Shown: positions 12,843-25,665 of the stretch, in pieces
Layout: each line of letters starts with the position of its first letter
How positions within the stretch are numbered: position 1 is the first letter of the stretch
Program-made: the position numbers and the translations under genes
Source: Octopus sinensis
Taxonomy: Eukaryota
Direction of reading: 5' to 3'
Assembly: GCF_006345805.1 (NCBI RefSeq)
Contig: NC_043002.1
Coordinates: 186,001 to 250,000 of the forward strand
Length of the DNA: 64,000 nt
Notes under the pieces: generated by a model
What the model was told of the DNA's origin: nothing
Database searches by the model: none
What the model saw: the letters and a program-made list of their open reading frames with translations, nothing else

Positions 12843-15800
12843 TGTATATAGCATGGCTTGGCTTCGCGACCGAAGATCTGGAAGGCTGTCCACATTGCGT
12901 GCATGCATGCTCATGACTGACAAGTCCGATATGGGAAAGGCAGGTTTGTGAGCAGTGTCCACAGACGAAGATAACATCCGGTGTGGTGTCAGAGGCGGCT
13001 CGCGCCTTCCTCCTGCGTCTCTTGTCTTTAAGCGCGTCTCTTCTTTGTTCCTCAAACTTGCTGACTGCGTTGAAGATCATGTGGCGCCAGACATCACGGT
13101 CCGCAGCCAGGTCTGACCAGCATTGGTGGTTAATATGACATGCTGTTAGAGACTTCTTGAGGCAGTCTTTGTAGCGCTTCCTCGGAGCTCCTCTCACTCG
13201 GTGGCCGGTGGAGAGTTCGCCAAACAGGGCAATCTTTGGAAGGCGATGGTTCCCCATTCTGGAGACATGCCCTGCCCATCGGAGATGGTACTTCAGTAGC
13301 GTGGCTTCAATGCTGGGGATCCCGGCTTGCTCCAAGACTTCAATGTTTGTGATGAAGTCACTCCAGTGAATGTTGAGGATGGTGCAGAGACATCGCTGGT
13401 GGAAGCGCTCAAGGAGATGGATGTGACTGTGGTAATTGATCCAGGTCTCTGAGCCGTAGAGAAGAGTGGTGAGAACCACGGCCTTGTAGATACTGATCTT
13501 TGTTTTGTTCTTCAGGCCACCACTGTGCCAAACACATTTGTACAATCTGCCAAAGGAGCTATTTGCCTTAGAAAGTCTATTGTTAATTTCCTTGTCGATC
13601 CTTGCATCGGATGAGATGATGCAGCCCAGGTATGTAAACTGCTGTGTTGATTTCAGCTCAGTACTGCAGATAGTGATGTGGGGTGGGCGGTATTCTTCTT
13701 GGGCTGTAGGTTGGTGAAGCACCTCCGTCTTCTTGAGGCTGACCTCAAGGCCAAAGAGCTGATAGGCATCTGCAAAGCAGGACATGATGCGCTGCAGAGC
13801 TCGCTCTGTGTGGGCAACAAGGACAGCGTCGTCTGCGAAGAGAAGGTCTGGAATCAACCTCTCCTGGGTCTTGGTGTGGGCTTGGAGACGCCGTAGATTG
13901 AAGAGACTGCCATCCAGACGATACCTAACATATACTCCGTCCTCATCCTCCATATCTTCAGTTGCATACTTGATCATCATGCTGAAGATAGTCGGTGCCA
14001 GGACGCAACCCTGCTTCATGCTGTTGGAAATGAGGAAGGGCTCCGACAGGTCAGCATTGAGTCTGATCTGACCATACTGATTCTCATGCAGCTGGATCAC
14101 CATCTGTAGAAACTTGGTGGGACAGCCAAGTCGTTCCAGGATGAGCCATAGTCCTGTCCTGCTCACTGTGTCAAATGTTTTTGTAAGGTCGATGAAAGTA
14201 GCATAGAGTCCCCTGTTTTGTTCTTGGCACTTCTCCTGGAGTTGGCGGAGGACGAACACCATATCTGTTGTGCCTCTGTTGGCTCTGAGGTCAGTGCATA
14301 GCTGGGTTCTCCAAGCCAGGTGGTCCCACCACTCGTTCTGCATTTCTCTGTTTTCGCTGCAGGGTGCTGCATGCGCACCGAAAGGCAGTTTTCTTCACAA
14401 GACAGGCTGGTTGTGCGAGGTGGGCCTGATGAGCTGCCCTCTTCCTCGCTAGTAATTCCTGGATCTCCTTGTCATTTTCATTGAACCAGTCCTTGTTTTT
14501 CTTCTTCGTGTGCCCAAGAACTTCCTCAAATGTCTTAAGGATGGCTGATTTCAGGTTCTCCCACAAAGTGTCTATGGTGGTGTCATCAGTGCAGGGGGAT
14601 TCTAGTCTTTGCTGCAGGTTTGCTTGGAACTTGATTTTCACTTCCTCCCGGCACAAGCTGTCGACACTGAGTTTCTTTATGGGGTTACCTTTCTTCTTGG
14701 GTTTGGGTTTGAACTGCAGTTTGAGCTTGCAGTGGACAAGGCGATGGTCGGTGTGGCACTCTGCACTGGGCATCACTCTTGTGTGTAGAATGTCTTTCAG
14801 GTCCCACTGGCGCACAAGCACATAGTCAAGTAGATGCCAATGTTTAGACCGGGGATGCATCCAAGTTGTTTTCAGACGGTCTTTCTGTTGGAAGATTGTG
14901 TTGGTAATAGCAAGTTGGTGCTCTGTGCAGAACTCGAGCAAAAGGTGCCCGTTGTCATTAAAGTCACCAATGTCTTCCAAGGACTCCTTTCCAAACCTCA
15001 AAGTCCTTCCCAACTCTTGCGTTTAAGTTGCCAAGGATCAGGACCTTGTCGTTTGCAGGGGTGTTGTTCAAGAGTCTGAGCAGATCAGAATAGAAGCTGT
15101 CTTTGTCCGCGGGATCTGCCAGTAGAGTTGGAGCATAAACACTGAAGAGAGTGAGATGTTGTTTGCCCTCCAGTGGTAGGCGCATGGATATGATGCGGTC
15201 CGAGTGGCCCGTGGGTAATGTTTCCAGTTTGGAGGTGATGGAATTCCTCACCATGAGTCCTACACCTGACACACGTTTTTCAGATAATGGTTTTCCGGAC
15301 CAGAAGAGGGTGTAGCCAGCGCCATGTTCTTTGAGGCTGCCCTCGTCAGCGAAGTGGACCTCGCTGAGAGCTGCTATGTCAATGTTGAGACGGGAGAGTT
15401 CATGGGCTATGAGAGCCGAACGACGTTCCGGGCGGCTGCTGTCAGCCTTGTCTAGCATGGTCCTGACATTCCAGCAGGCAACTTTCAACTCCTGCTTACT
15501 TTCCTTTGGTTTTGTTTCCATGTTTGTTCGACCGCTCTGAAGATGCCCGTTGACTGCGGTTAGCCAACTGGGTATAGAGGAGATGAGCTTTGTTTAGGCG
15601 AACCTTTTCTACTGCCCCTCTCCATGTGGAGCAGGCAGTGCTCTCCCTAAATAGGGCTGCCTGGTCGCTCAGGATGCTGCCGAGTGGTGTCGTCACCTCT
15701 GGATCGACAACCAGGCGACCAAAGTCCTGAGCCACCAACATGTAGGGTTGAGACTACGGCTTCCAGTGACATCTTCCACTTTCGCCCCTTTCTCATCGCT

Positions 15801-15926
15801 GCAGGGCTTTTAGGATGGTTGGTCACAGAACGTGGACATGTCCTTTGGCCTGCACTAGGGAGTTTTTGAACTCGGAACCATGTAGTTCATAAGCAAGCTA
15901 CTTGCCACACAACCACTCCTAAGCCT

Positions 15927-15962
<36 letters not shown>

Positions 15963-16550
15963 CACATGTGTCAGGTCACTTGAGTGTTACTGGTACCATG
16001 TAGTCCAGTACAACCTGTTACATGGTCGGGTCGTCGGCGACTAAACTGGCAACCCCACCAGGCTTGCTTGGTGAGGCGGGTGTTTGTTGGACACCCTGCA
16101 GGACAAAAAATAAGACCTGTCAAAGGGCGGAAGAACTACAGCGTAGTCAACGGCCAACTAACTCTCTGCTGCCTTGTAGATAGACTTTTTAGTCAAAGGC
16201 TCCAGGTGGGGTCCCCTAAGCTAACCCCCTACTCCGGCCTAGGCAACCGGGTAGTATACACCTACTGAAAACCATGGATCCTTTTCTCTCTTTCACCATG
16301 GTTTGGATGGCACAGGTAGGAGGGGCTCGTCAGCCATGGTTGGCAACCCTCCTAGGAGAGGATAACTCCGACTTCAAACCTACGGCCCGAGGATCTCGCT
16401 GTCACCGTCCCAGCTTGCTAGGCCATGGCAGATGAAACTTGTGCTTAAAGGGTGGGGGCCAGTTTGCACACACTGCACTTCACCTTAAAAAACTCCCTAG
16501 GTTGTACTGGACTACATGGTACCAGTAACACTCAAGTGACCTGACACGTG
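12843..16550 (-). mobile_element. Near-full-length RTE (BovB-like) LINE with rearranged 5' end
   Basis: ORFs 14964-15521 (ACWNVRTM, IDIAALSEV), 14291-15013 (HWHLLDY), 12712-14343 (LLFADD-type RT, C-terminal C2H2 FVCGHC..SH); three frames, so frameshifted; possible TSD gtgtatata at ~12841 and ~16548. Confidence 0.92.
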
Positions 16551-16574
16551 TATATATATATATATATATATATA

Positions 16575-16950
16575 GGCTTAGGAGTGGTTGTGTGGCAAGT
16601 AGCTTGCTTATGAACTACATGGTTCCGAGTTCAGTCGTACTGCGTAACACCTTGGGCAACTGTCTTCTTCTATAGCCTCAGGCCAGCCAAAGCCTTGTGA
16701 GTGGGTTTGGTTGACAGAAACTGAAAGAAGCCTGTCGTATGTATATATATATGTGTGTGTCTGTGTTTGTCCCCTCAACATCGCTTGACAAGCGATGCTG
16801 GTGTGCTTACCTCCCCGTAACTTAGCAGTTCAGCAAAAGAGACCGATAGAATAAGTACTAGGCTTACAAAGAATAAGTCCTGGGGTCGATCTGTTCAACT
16901 AAAGGCGGTGCTCCAGCATGGCCACAGTCAAATGACTGAAACAAGCAAGA
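16575..16950 (+). mobile_element. tRNA-derived SINE (full-length)
   Basis: A/B-box head, central gccttgtgagtgg..ggaaactgaaagaagcc block, tail gcatggccacagtcaaatgactgaaac. Confidence 0.85.
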
Positions 16951-17150
16951 GAGTGTATCCATTGTACCCGAATTTATGATGGAAAAATCGGATCTTGTGA
17001 ACTTTCCAGAAGTCCCCAGGTCATCAGTGTGCATTTTTTCTTTTCATATTTGTTTTCCACACACTTGTTAACACCCCCAACAGGCTGGTTAATTTTTTTT
17101 TGTTCCCTGGTGAGGATCTTTATAACGACCGTTTTATTTTTACATGTTCT

Positions 17151-17975
17151 ACACACTATATTGAGGGAGGAAATTCCGAATCTGCATTTCAAAATTTAAC
17201 CACCACCCCCTCCCTCTCAAAAAAAAATTTTTTATTTTCACTTTTCCAAAAAAATTTTAAGGTGAAATACGTAGAAAAATACGGAAATTATGGTTCTGAC
17301 AAAAAAAAATTTGTAAAATCTCAATTTGTCAAAAATAAATAAAATAAACACCCCCTTTTGCTCCACCCCACGACAAGAAGTGAAATTAAAGTGTTTTCTC
17401 TGCTAATGTTTCAAACACGAATAGAATTATAAAATAGCAGACGCAAAAAGTATCTAAAGAGAAAACCAGACAATGCTAGAAACACGTTTTCAAAATTTTA
17501 ATACAAATTACCAAAGAAGAAAAAATTTCAAAATTTAAATCTACCCCCAACTGGAAATTTGATAAACTAGAAACAACAGTCAAACCGAGAAGCAACTTTC
17601 TAAATATGAATTACCAAAAGAGAAAAAAAAATTCTTTTAATGTCATTTTGTTGTGTGTGGGTGCAAAAAATTTTTACATCCCTCTCTTAATTCCAAAAGA
17701 CCCTCAACCACAACATGTTGGGTTATGTTCGTCATGGAACATAAATTAAAAAAAAACACTTTAATTTCTTGTCCTAGGGTGGAGAGGGGGGAGTTATTTT
17801 AATTGAAATTTTTACAGAATTTTCTTTTTTAGAATCATAATCTCTGTATTTTTCTACGTATTTCGCCAAAAGAATTTTTTAAAAAGCGAAAATTTAAGAA
17901 ATTTATATGTGTGTGTGTGGGGGGATTTAAATTTTGAAATGCAGATTCGGAATATCCACCCTCGATATAGTGTGT
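17151..17975. repeat. Diverged fold-back (inverted repeat) element, arms ~17151-17397 and ~17753-17975
   Basis: attccgaatctgcatttcaaaatttaa and gaaatacgtagaaaaatac in the left arm occur as reverse complements in the right arm. Confidence 0.75.
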
Positions 17976-19030
17976 TCCTGAAACAAAAAAAAAATGCAAA
18001 GGGTATACAGTTCTTGATTTTTACCTTCTCCGCCATTATATACAATGGTGTAACCTTTACTAAGCAATGTGTTCGGGGATGGTTAAAGGATTAAATGTGT
18101 GCTGATGAAGGGCCCCCCCCCCAAAAAAAAACAAATATGGCATATATGCTCGTTACTCCTTCGACTCTGATGTCTCGGATATGAAATATAACAAAAATCA
18201 GTGCTGGCTGTATTTTGTAGAGATAACAAGAAACGCTCTTTCATTGTGTGATGGCATTAAAGTTTATTTTACATCAATGTTACCGAAAGAGGACAACAGA
18301 AATTATTGGGTGAGGAAGTGGAGAATTTACTTCTAAAAATATTAATATGGATTTTTTTTTTTTCTGTTGTCTACCAGTGTGCACGGTTCAATACTAATCA
18401 TGCAGTGACTGTGTGTACAGGGACTCTAGTGCATTGCTCTTGGTGGGGGGGGGGGCAGCGAGGGTCTATAATGCTGTTAACTCTGCCCTGTTCATAATTT
18501 CTACTCATAAACAATTGAAGTCATTTGGTTCTCTCCTTATTGTGTAAGTTTTTCATTTTTGGCTTCAAAAACTTTTCTAAACTTTTGCAAAAATTTTTCA
18601 TTGAATTTTACTTATTCATACAAAAAATAAAAACGCTCTACATGGTTGCTCGACCCGCTTGATATAACCACCAAATATCCTTCAGATCATACCTCTCTAC
18701 AAAAAAGTGCTTCAGATAATGTGGTCTAGGGTTCCTTACATTTAAGAAAAAGATGGGATGGTCATGGCAGGAATGCCTCTGATCATAGTGCTACAGAGGG
18801 AAAGAGTGAGCCAAAGAGGCATCAGATGTAGTGTGCAAGAGGGAAGACTGGGCTAGTATGGTTATGTGGGTGGGGACAGCTACGTAAAGAAGTGTTAAAT
18901 GTTGATAGAATCTGCAGAAGAGGGAGACATTAGACAAAACGGTAAAAAGTGACCTTCAGATGTTGAACCTCACAGCAATGACAAAGGACTGAAATGATTG
19001 ATGAGTTGCTGTGTTTGAGAAGGCCCTTTC

Positions 19031-19467
19031 TGTCCAGTCCTTTCTGCCTCCATCCATGTCCAGTCCTTTCTGCCTCCATCCATGTCCAGTCCTTTCTGCC
19101 TCCATCCATGTCCAGTCCTTTCTGCCTCCATCCATGTCCACTCCTTTCTGCCTCCATCCATGTCCACTCCTTTCTGCCTCCATCCATGTCCACTCCTTTC
19201 TGCCTCCATCCATGTCCAGTCCTTTCTGCCTCCATCCATGTCCAGTCCTTTCTGCCTCCATCCATGTCCAGTCCTTTCTGCCTCCATCCATGTCCAGTCC
19301 TTTCTGCCTCCATCCATGTCCAGTCCTTTCTGCCTCCATCCATGTCCAGTCCTTTCTGCCTCCATCCATGTCCAGTCCTTTCTGCCTCCATCCATGTCCA
19401 GTCCTTTCTGCCTCCATCCATGTCCAGTCCTTTCTGCCTCCATCCATGTCCAGTCCTTTCTGCCTCC
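19031..19467. repeat. 26-bp minisatellite (CATCCATGTCCAGTCCTTTCTGCCTC)n, ~17 copies
   Basis: Directly visible period of 26. Confidence 0.97.
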
Positions 19468-19654
19468 GACACATCTTCCTCTTTTCCTTCTCTTTTTCTC
19501 CAACTGCTGCTACCACGTGTCTTCTCTACAGCAAGACACCTGATTCGGTCCCCCCTACCATACCTGGATCTCTAATCATCTGGCATCAAAGTCACCTCTT
19601 TCAGTACTCTCAACTACCTCAGTTGAGAGGTTTGTCTTGCAAGGTTCCTGCTCA

Positions 19655-20100
19655 TCTCACTGTTGGTGCCACATAAAAATCACTCTGTAAAGTGGTTGAC
19701 CGTAGGAAGAGCATCTAATTGTAGGAACCCTAACCCAATTGTAGGACTGCAGAGCTTGGTGCAGTCCTCAGGCTTGCCAGCTTCTGTCGAACTATCCAAT
19801 TTGTGTCAGCATCATCATCATCATCGTTTAACGTCCGTTTTCCATGTTAGCATGGGTTGGACGGTTTGACCGGGGTCTGGGAAGCCAGGAGGCTGCACCA
19901 GGCTCCAGTCTGATCTGGCAGTGTTTCTACGGCTGGATGCCCTTCCTAACGCCAACCACTCCGTGAGCGTAGTGGGTGCTTTTTACGTGTCATCGGCACA
20001 GGTGCCAGGGCAGGCTGGCAACGACCGCAATCGGTTGGTGCTTTTTATGTGCCACCAGCATGGAAGCCAGTCAAGGCGGCGCTGGCATAAGCCACAGATG
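19655..20100. mobile_element. (GAT)n-tailed SINE/RTE-tail repeat fragments
   Basis: catcatcatcgtttaacgtccg..catgggttggacgg..ggatgcccttcctaacgccaaccactc; same family at 20670-20865 (+), 28890-29230 (-), 31255-31414 (+) and 56950-57020. Confidence 0.75.
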
Positions 20101-20318
20101 ATGGTGATGATCACAATAGATGTGTTTGTATGTGTTGAGCAAGAAAGGAAAAGCTATGTTGCTTGTTGCAATCCCCAGCAAGTTTATTTTACAGTTATTT
20201 CATCGAATAATATAACAGCTTAATTGTTTTTCATTTTCATTATGCTAAGGAAATAGCCAAAATTAAGATATGAATATTTTAGAATTCATTAGATTTTAGT
20301 TCTATCATTCTCTTGCAG

Positions 20319-20425
20319 GTAACTGTTTACTGTCAACAAAATCCAAGCACCAATGGGTTTAGTTTGGTTCAGTTCTCACCTTTACACTTGATCCCTCCGA
20401 TTACAGAAGGCTATGTCTCAGTAGA
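20319..20425 (+). CDS. Candidate gene exon 3 (VTVYCQQNPSTNGFSLVQFSPLHLIPPITEGYVSVE)
   Basis: Acceptor ttctcttgcag|, donor |gtaagt; 107 nt; only the phase-0 frame is open and it ends in phase 2. Confidence 0.7.
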
Positions 20426-22297
20426 GTAAGTGGTGTTTTCCTTCTAAAAATACGAAATTTATAATTTAAATGTACTTGTATATAATTTTTAGTAGTTGAA
20501 AATATTGATCTATATTTAAAGATTATCTAATATTTAGCATTTCAAACAAAAAAAAATTAATATATTAACAGAATTTTTTAATAACTAATCTTTTGTTTCA
20601 TTTAACATGTTTTCCCATGCTAGCATGTCTTAGATGGAAGGAAATGGAGGTAGGAGTTTTATGGCTGGATGCCAGTGGCATGTAAAGTGCACCCACTACA
20701 CTCTCGGAGTGGTTGGCATTAGGAAGGGCATCCAGCTGTAGAAACCCTGCCAGATCAAGATTGGAGCTTGATGCGGCCGTTTGGTTCGCCAGCCCTCAGT
20801 CAAAATCGTCCAACCCATGCTAGCATGGAAAGCGGACGTTAAATGATGATGATGATGATGATGATGCTTTTCCCGTCCTCAACCATTTTGAAACCATCTG
20901 ATTTTCCAGTAAAGGATTTTTTTTATTCCAGTAGAATTTGAAAATGCAGAGTTTGTGGAAGATTTGTTGACAGATATCATCACTGGATCTGTTGCTTACT
21001 ACTTTTGTAAATATTCACACACACACACACACAAACTTCTTTTAGTTTCCATTTATGAAATTCCATCACTGTGGATCTAGAGTGAAAACAGTTGTCCAAG
21101 GTGTCTTGCAGCGGGATTGAACCTGAAGCTGTACTTCCATCCCTGTATTTTGCTAGCCAGTGAGTTCAATTCCCACAACTATATTGATTTCAGTATACTT
21201 GAGAGAAAAACAAAATATTAACTCCAAAAATACGCAATTCAAATTATGTGAATAGAATTTACTGGTTGCACTCTGGCTGCCTGTCAATATTTTCTTTCTC
21301 AAAAAGTCATTTATCGAATAGTAATTGATCTTAGAAGATAAACAAGAATTGCAAATAAATTTCTGCAAACATTTTGTTGATGCAGACATTACATTCTCAG
21401 AACCCTGGGAATTCAAGAAAGCCTTGTTACACAAACTTTAAAGTTTTTTCTAATTTCTTTTCTCCTTCTACAGCCTCGTGTTTCAAATCTGTTCTTTATA
21501 GTTTACTTCAAAAGATCAAATATATTCTCTTGTGCTTGACCTGCAATAATTACAGAACAGCTCTGAATGGCTGTTTCGTAACTAGAGAGAAAAAGTGCCA
21601 AATTCCAGTTTATTAACTGAAAAAGCATGTTCAAGTCTCACAGATTATCCTTTCTTTTAAGCTGTTCATTTTGTTTTTAAGCTGGTTCTTTTTGGCAGTC
21701 TGAACAAAATAAATATGTCTCTAAAAACTTGTTGATATTATGGCAAACATATCAATCAACTCCTTTTAGTTTTGTCTTTTTTTCTTCCTGTAGAAGCCTC
21801 CATACAATATTTTGTGCAAGCAGATTAATTAAAATTAAAAAAGAAAAACAAAATGCAAGAAAAGGAGAACCTTCTGAAACATTGAGGTTCTGAGGAAGAA
21901 TAACATTGATATTTTGTTAATCAACTTCTGAGTGTGGAGTAATGGAGATGCTGGGGATGTGCTCGAGAGATCTTTTAATGTTTTTCTGTTCTAAACAATA
22001 TTCTATTGTGAATAAAGATACTTTCATTTCTCGTTGATAAATTTCTTTCATATCCAAAATGGCATTGGGAATTCAGAAAATAAACTTGAGTAATATATAT
22101 TTTGCAAGAAAAGGATTTAGTTTGACAAAATATTACATTAGAACTAAAAATAGAAATCCTTTTTGCAAAAGATACAAATTAGTTTTAAAGTAAAACCTTG
22201 ACTAAATTGTTGTGAATAATAATGGTTTGTATCTAGAAATGTTTCTTCTGTTGTCATATATCAATGCAGTTCCTCTTTTGTATGAAAATATTTGTAG

Positions 22298-22402
22298 ATT
22301 TCTACATCCTGGTCGGCCTGTTACGGTTCAATGCTTCGGTACATCAAGGAATTTAAGCCTTAATCCGCAGTTCTTAAATGATACATCTCTCAGCAAACCC
22401 AG
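22298..22402 (+). CDS. Candidate gene exon 4 (FLHPGRPVTVQCFGTSRNLSLNPQFLNDTSLSKP)
   Basis: Acceptor tttgtag|, donor CCAG|gtattc; 105 nt; the only open frame is phase 2 to 2, matching exon 3. Confidence 0.65.
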
Positions 22403-23554
22403 GTATTCTTTATTTTTTTAAATTTAGATGATGATAAATTGTTTTATATCCACTTTTAATGCTAACAGAAGTGGAGGAAGGGTGTTGTGTTCATGAGTAT
22501 TTATATATGGACCAAAAACAAACAAAGTCTACAGAAATGAAATAAATTAATTTTGCTGTGGAGAAATGGAAGAGAGTGATATTTCCTGATGGTTTGTTCT
22601 TTGTAAAGATAGAAAAGAGAAAAAATTGTTACAGAAAAATCTAAGTGTATTAAGCATCTCGCATAAAAAGTAGTTGAGGAATAGAAATGGGGTAAGTTAT
22701 GATTGTTTCTGACAATGTATTATGAGTGGTAAGTGAATATAGATGATGCATTGAAAGAAGAGTTTGAGGGGCTGAGTGGAGTACAAATAATTGGCCTACT
22801 AGATGAATCGGAATGTAGACTGTTATGATAAAAATATTTATTTGTATTGGCAAGATAATATGTAGGGCTTGGAGAGATGCCTGATGTGTGGGGGAGGAAT
22901 GGAATGAAGAAAAACCAATTGGCTTCTGACACTTTGTTGTGGATGTCCCTAAGCAAAAAGTAAACCATTTGCTGGTTGGAAACTTCCAAAAGCAAGATAG
23001 CACTGGGAGTGACCTGCAAGAGTTAAGTTTCATTAGACACTCAGAAGTTGTTCTCTAAATTAGTTAATCTTTGAGAAGGTTCTTCAATATTTATTGAGCC
23101 CCAGACTCAACATTTAATGCAATGAATTACATTTTTAGCAGAGTAAATGAGGTGATGAGTAACATGGATAGTGGGTCGTGTAGTGTTTTGGATGAAGAGA
23201 GAAATGTGTTGCAATGGGAATAACAAAAAACAGAAAATGATGCAGTCTGGATGTGGCAACAGGTAAAAGAGCTGTGCACGAGAAGATTGACAAGTTGTAG
23301 TCACATCTAAAGGAGGAGGAGGAGGAGAGAGGAGAGAGGCTGTTTGGCAAATGGAAGGGTCAGATTGAAAGAAACAAAAGTTGCATGGGTAGGTGTAGGG
23401 GAAGGAGACCTACTTGACTGGAGGCAGGTCGAGAACATGAACCCTGCCCAGACCCCCCTTGTATTAGTAGCTTGTTTCTTTATATTATGTACATTAAATA
23501 TACACACAGACACGAGAAAATGTTCATTTACATTCTTTTTAATTTTATTTGTAG

Positions 23555-23665
23555 GCTGCTGGTTATTACGAGGTCACCAGTTGTAAACGTTTGCAACACC
23601 AGCATCATTATTCCTTTCAGAAACCAATCCAGAAATATAACAGGTGTTATTACTGCCATGTTAAG
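23555..23665 (+). CDS. Candidate gene exon 5 (LLVITRSPVVNVCNTSIIIPFRNQSRNITGVITAML)
   Basis: Acceptor ttttatttgtag|, donor TAAG|gtaaac; 111 nt, phase 2 to 2; sequons NTS, NQS, NIT precede a hydrophobic stretch. Confidence 0.65.
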
Positions 23666-23728
23666 GTAAACAATGATAGTTCATTTAAAAAAAAAAGAAC
23701 CTTATTTAGTTCTTTAACCTTTGATCCT

Positions 23729-25654
23729 CACCCTGAAACTGAAGGGTGTCTTTGCTGACTTCCCCTGAAACTGAAGGGTGTCTTTGCTGACTTCCCCTGA
23801 AACTGAAGGGTGTCTTTGCTGACTTCCCCTGAAACTGAAGGGTTTCTTTGCTGACTTCCCCTGAAACTGAAGGGTGTCTTTGCTGACTTCCCCTGAAATT
23901 GAAGGGTGTCTTTGCTGACTTCCCCTGAAACTGAAGGGTGTCTTTGCTGACTTCCCCTGAAACTGAAGGGTGTCTTTGCTGACTTCCCCTGAAACTGAAG
24001 GATTTCTTTGCTGACTTCCCCTGAAACTGAAGGGTGTCTTTGCTGACTTCCCCTGAAACTGAAGGGTTTCTTTGCTGACTTCCCCTGAAACTGAAGGGTG
24101 TCTTTGCTGACTTCCCCTGAAACTAAAGGGTGTCTTTGCTGACTTCCCCTGAAACTGAAGGGTGTCTTTGCTGACTTCCCCTGAAACTGAAGGGTGTCTT
24201 TGCTGACTTCCCCTGAAACTGAAGGATTTCTTTGCTGACTTCCCCTGAAACTGAAGGGTGTCTTTGCTGACTTCCCCTGAAACTGAAGGGTTTCTTTGCT
24301 GACTTCCCCTGAAACTGAAGGGTGTCTTTGCTGACTTCCCCTGAAACTGAAGGGTTTCTTTGCTGACTTCCCCTGAAACTGAAGGGTGTCTTTGCTGACT
24401 TCCCCTGAAACTGAAGGGTTTCTTTGCTGACTTCCCCTGAAACTGAAGGGTTTCTTTGCTGACTTCCCCTGAAACTGAAGGGTGTCTTTATTGACTTCCC
24501 CTGAAACTGAAGGGTTTCTTTGCTGACTTCCCCTGAAACTGAAGGGTGTCTTTGCTGACTTCCCCTGAAACTGAAGGATTTCTTTGCTGACTTCCCCTGA
24601 AACTGAAGGGTGTCTTTGCTGACTTCCCCTGAAACTGAAGGGTGTCTTTGCTGACTTCCCCTGAAACTGAACGGTGTCTTTGCTGACTTCCCCTGAAACT
24701 GAACGGTTTCTTTGCTGACTTCCCCTGAAACTGAAGGGTTTCTTTGCTGACTTCCCCTGAAACTGAAGGGTGTCTTTGCTGACTTCCCCTGAAACTGAAG
24801 GGTGTCTTTGCTGACTTCCCCTGAAACTGAAGGGTGTCTTTGCTGACTTCCCCTGAAACTGAAGGGTGTCTTTGCTGACTTCCCCTGAAACTGAAGGGTT
24901 TCTTTGCTGACTTCCCCTGAAACTGAAGGGTTTCTTTGCTGACTTCCCCTGAAACTGAAGGGTTTCTTTGCTGACTTCCCCTGAAACTGAAGGGTGTCTT
25001 TGCTGACTTCCCCTGAAACTGAAGGGTGTCTTTGCTGACTTCCCCTGAAACTGAAGGGTGTCTTTGCTGACTTCCCCTGAAACTGAAGGGTGTCTTTGCT
25101 GACTTCCCCTGAAACTGAAGGGTGTCTTTGCTGACTTCCCCTGAAACTGAAGGGTGTCTTTGCTGACTTCCCCTGAAACTGAAGGGTGTCTTTGCTGACT
25201 TCCCCTGAAACTGAAGGGTGTCTTTGCTGACTTCCCCTGAAACTGAAGGGTTTCTTTGCTGACTTCCCCTGAAACTGAAGGGTTTCTTTGCTGACTTCCC
25301 CTGAAACTGAAGGGTGTCTTTGCTGACTTCCCCTGAAACTGAAGGGTGTCTTTGCTGACTTCCCCTGAAACTGAAGGGTTTCTTTGCTGACTTCCCCTGA
25401 AACTGAAGGGTGTCTTTGCTGACTTCCCCTGAAACTGAACGGTGTCTTTGCTGACTTCCCCTGAAACTGAAGGGTTTCTTTGCTGACTTCCCCTGAAACT
25501 GAAGGGTGTCTTTGCTGACTTCCCCTGAAACTGAAGGGTGTCTTTGCTGACTTCCCCTGAAACTGAAAGGTTTCTTTGCTGACTTCCCCTGAAACTGAAG
25601 GGTGTCTTTGCTGACTTCCCCTGAAACTGAAGGGTGTCTTTGCTGACTTCCCCT
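23729..25654. repeat. 32-bp minisatellite (CCCCTGAAACTGAAGGGTGTCTTTGCTGACTT)n, ~60 copies
   Basis: Period of 32 visible directly; recurrent variants GGGTGTC/GGGTTTC/GGATTTC/AACGG; lies in candidate intron 5. Confidence 0.98.
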
Positions 25655-25665
25655 CCTTCCCACAG

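Noticed and set aside
15855-16633. Twin-priming explanation for the RTE 5' inversion
   Set aside because: The duplicated segment includes the flanking SINE head, which would not be in the RTE RNA.
18378-18445. Possible extra exon after a T-rich acceptor
   Set aside because: No convincing donor, and exons 2 and 3 already join in phase.
18930-19676. Six overlapping ORFs with W/G/M- or P/S/C-rich repeats
   Set aside because: Translations of the 26-bp minisatellite in all frames.
21150-23450. AT/purine-rich intronic DNA that may be an old TE
   Set aside because: All frames on both strands are stop-ridden and I found no recognisable motif; left unannotated.
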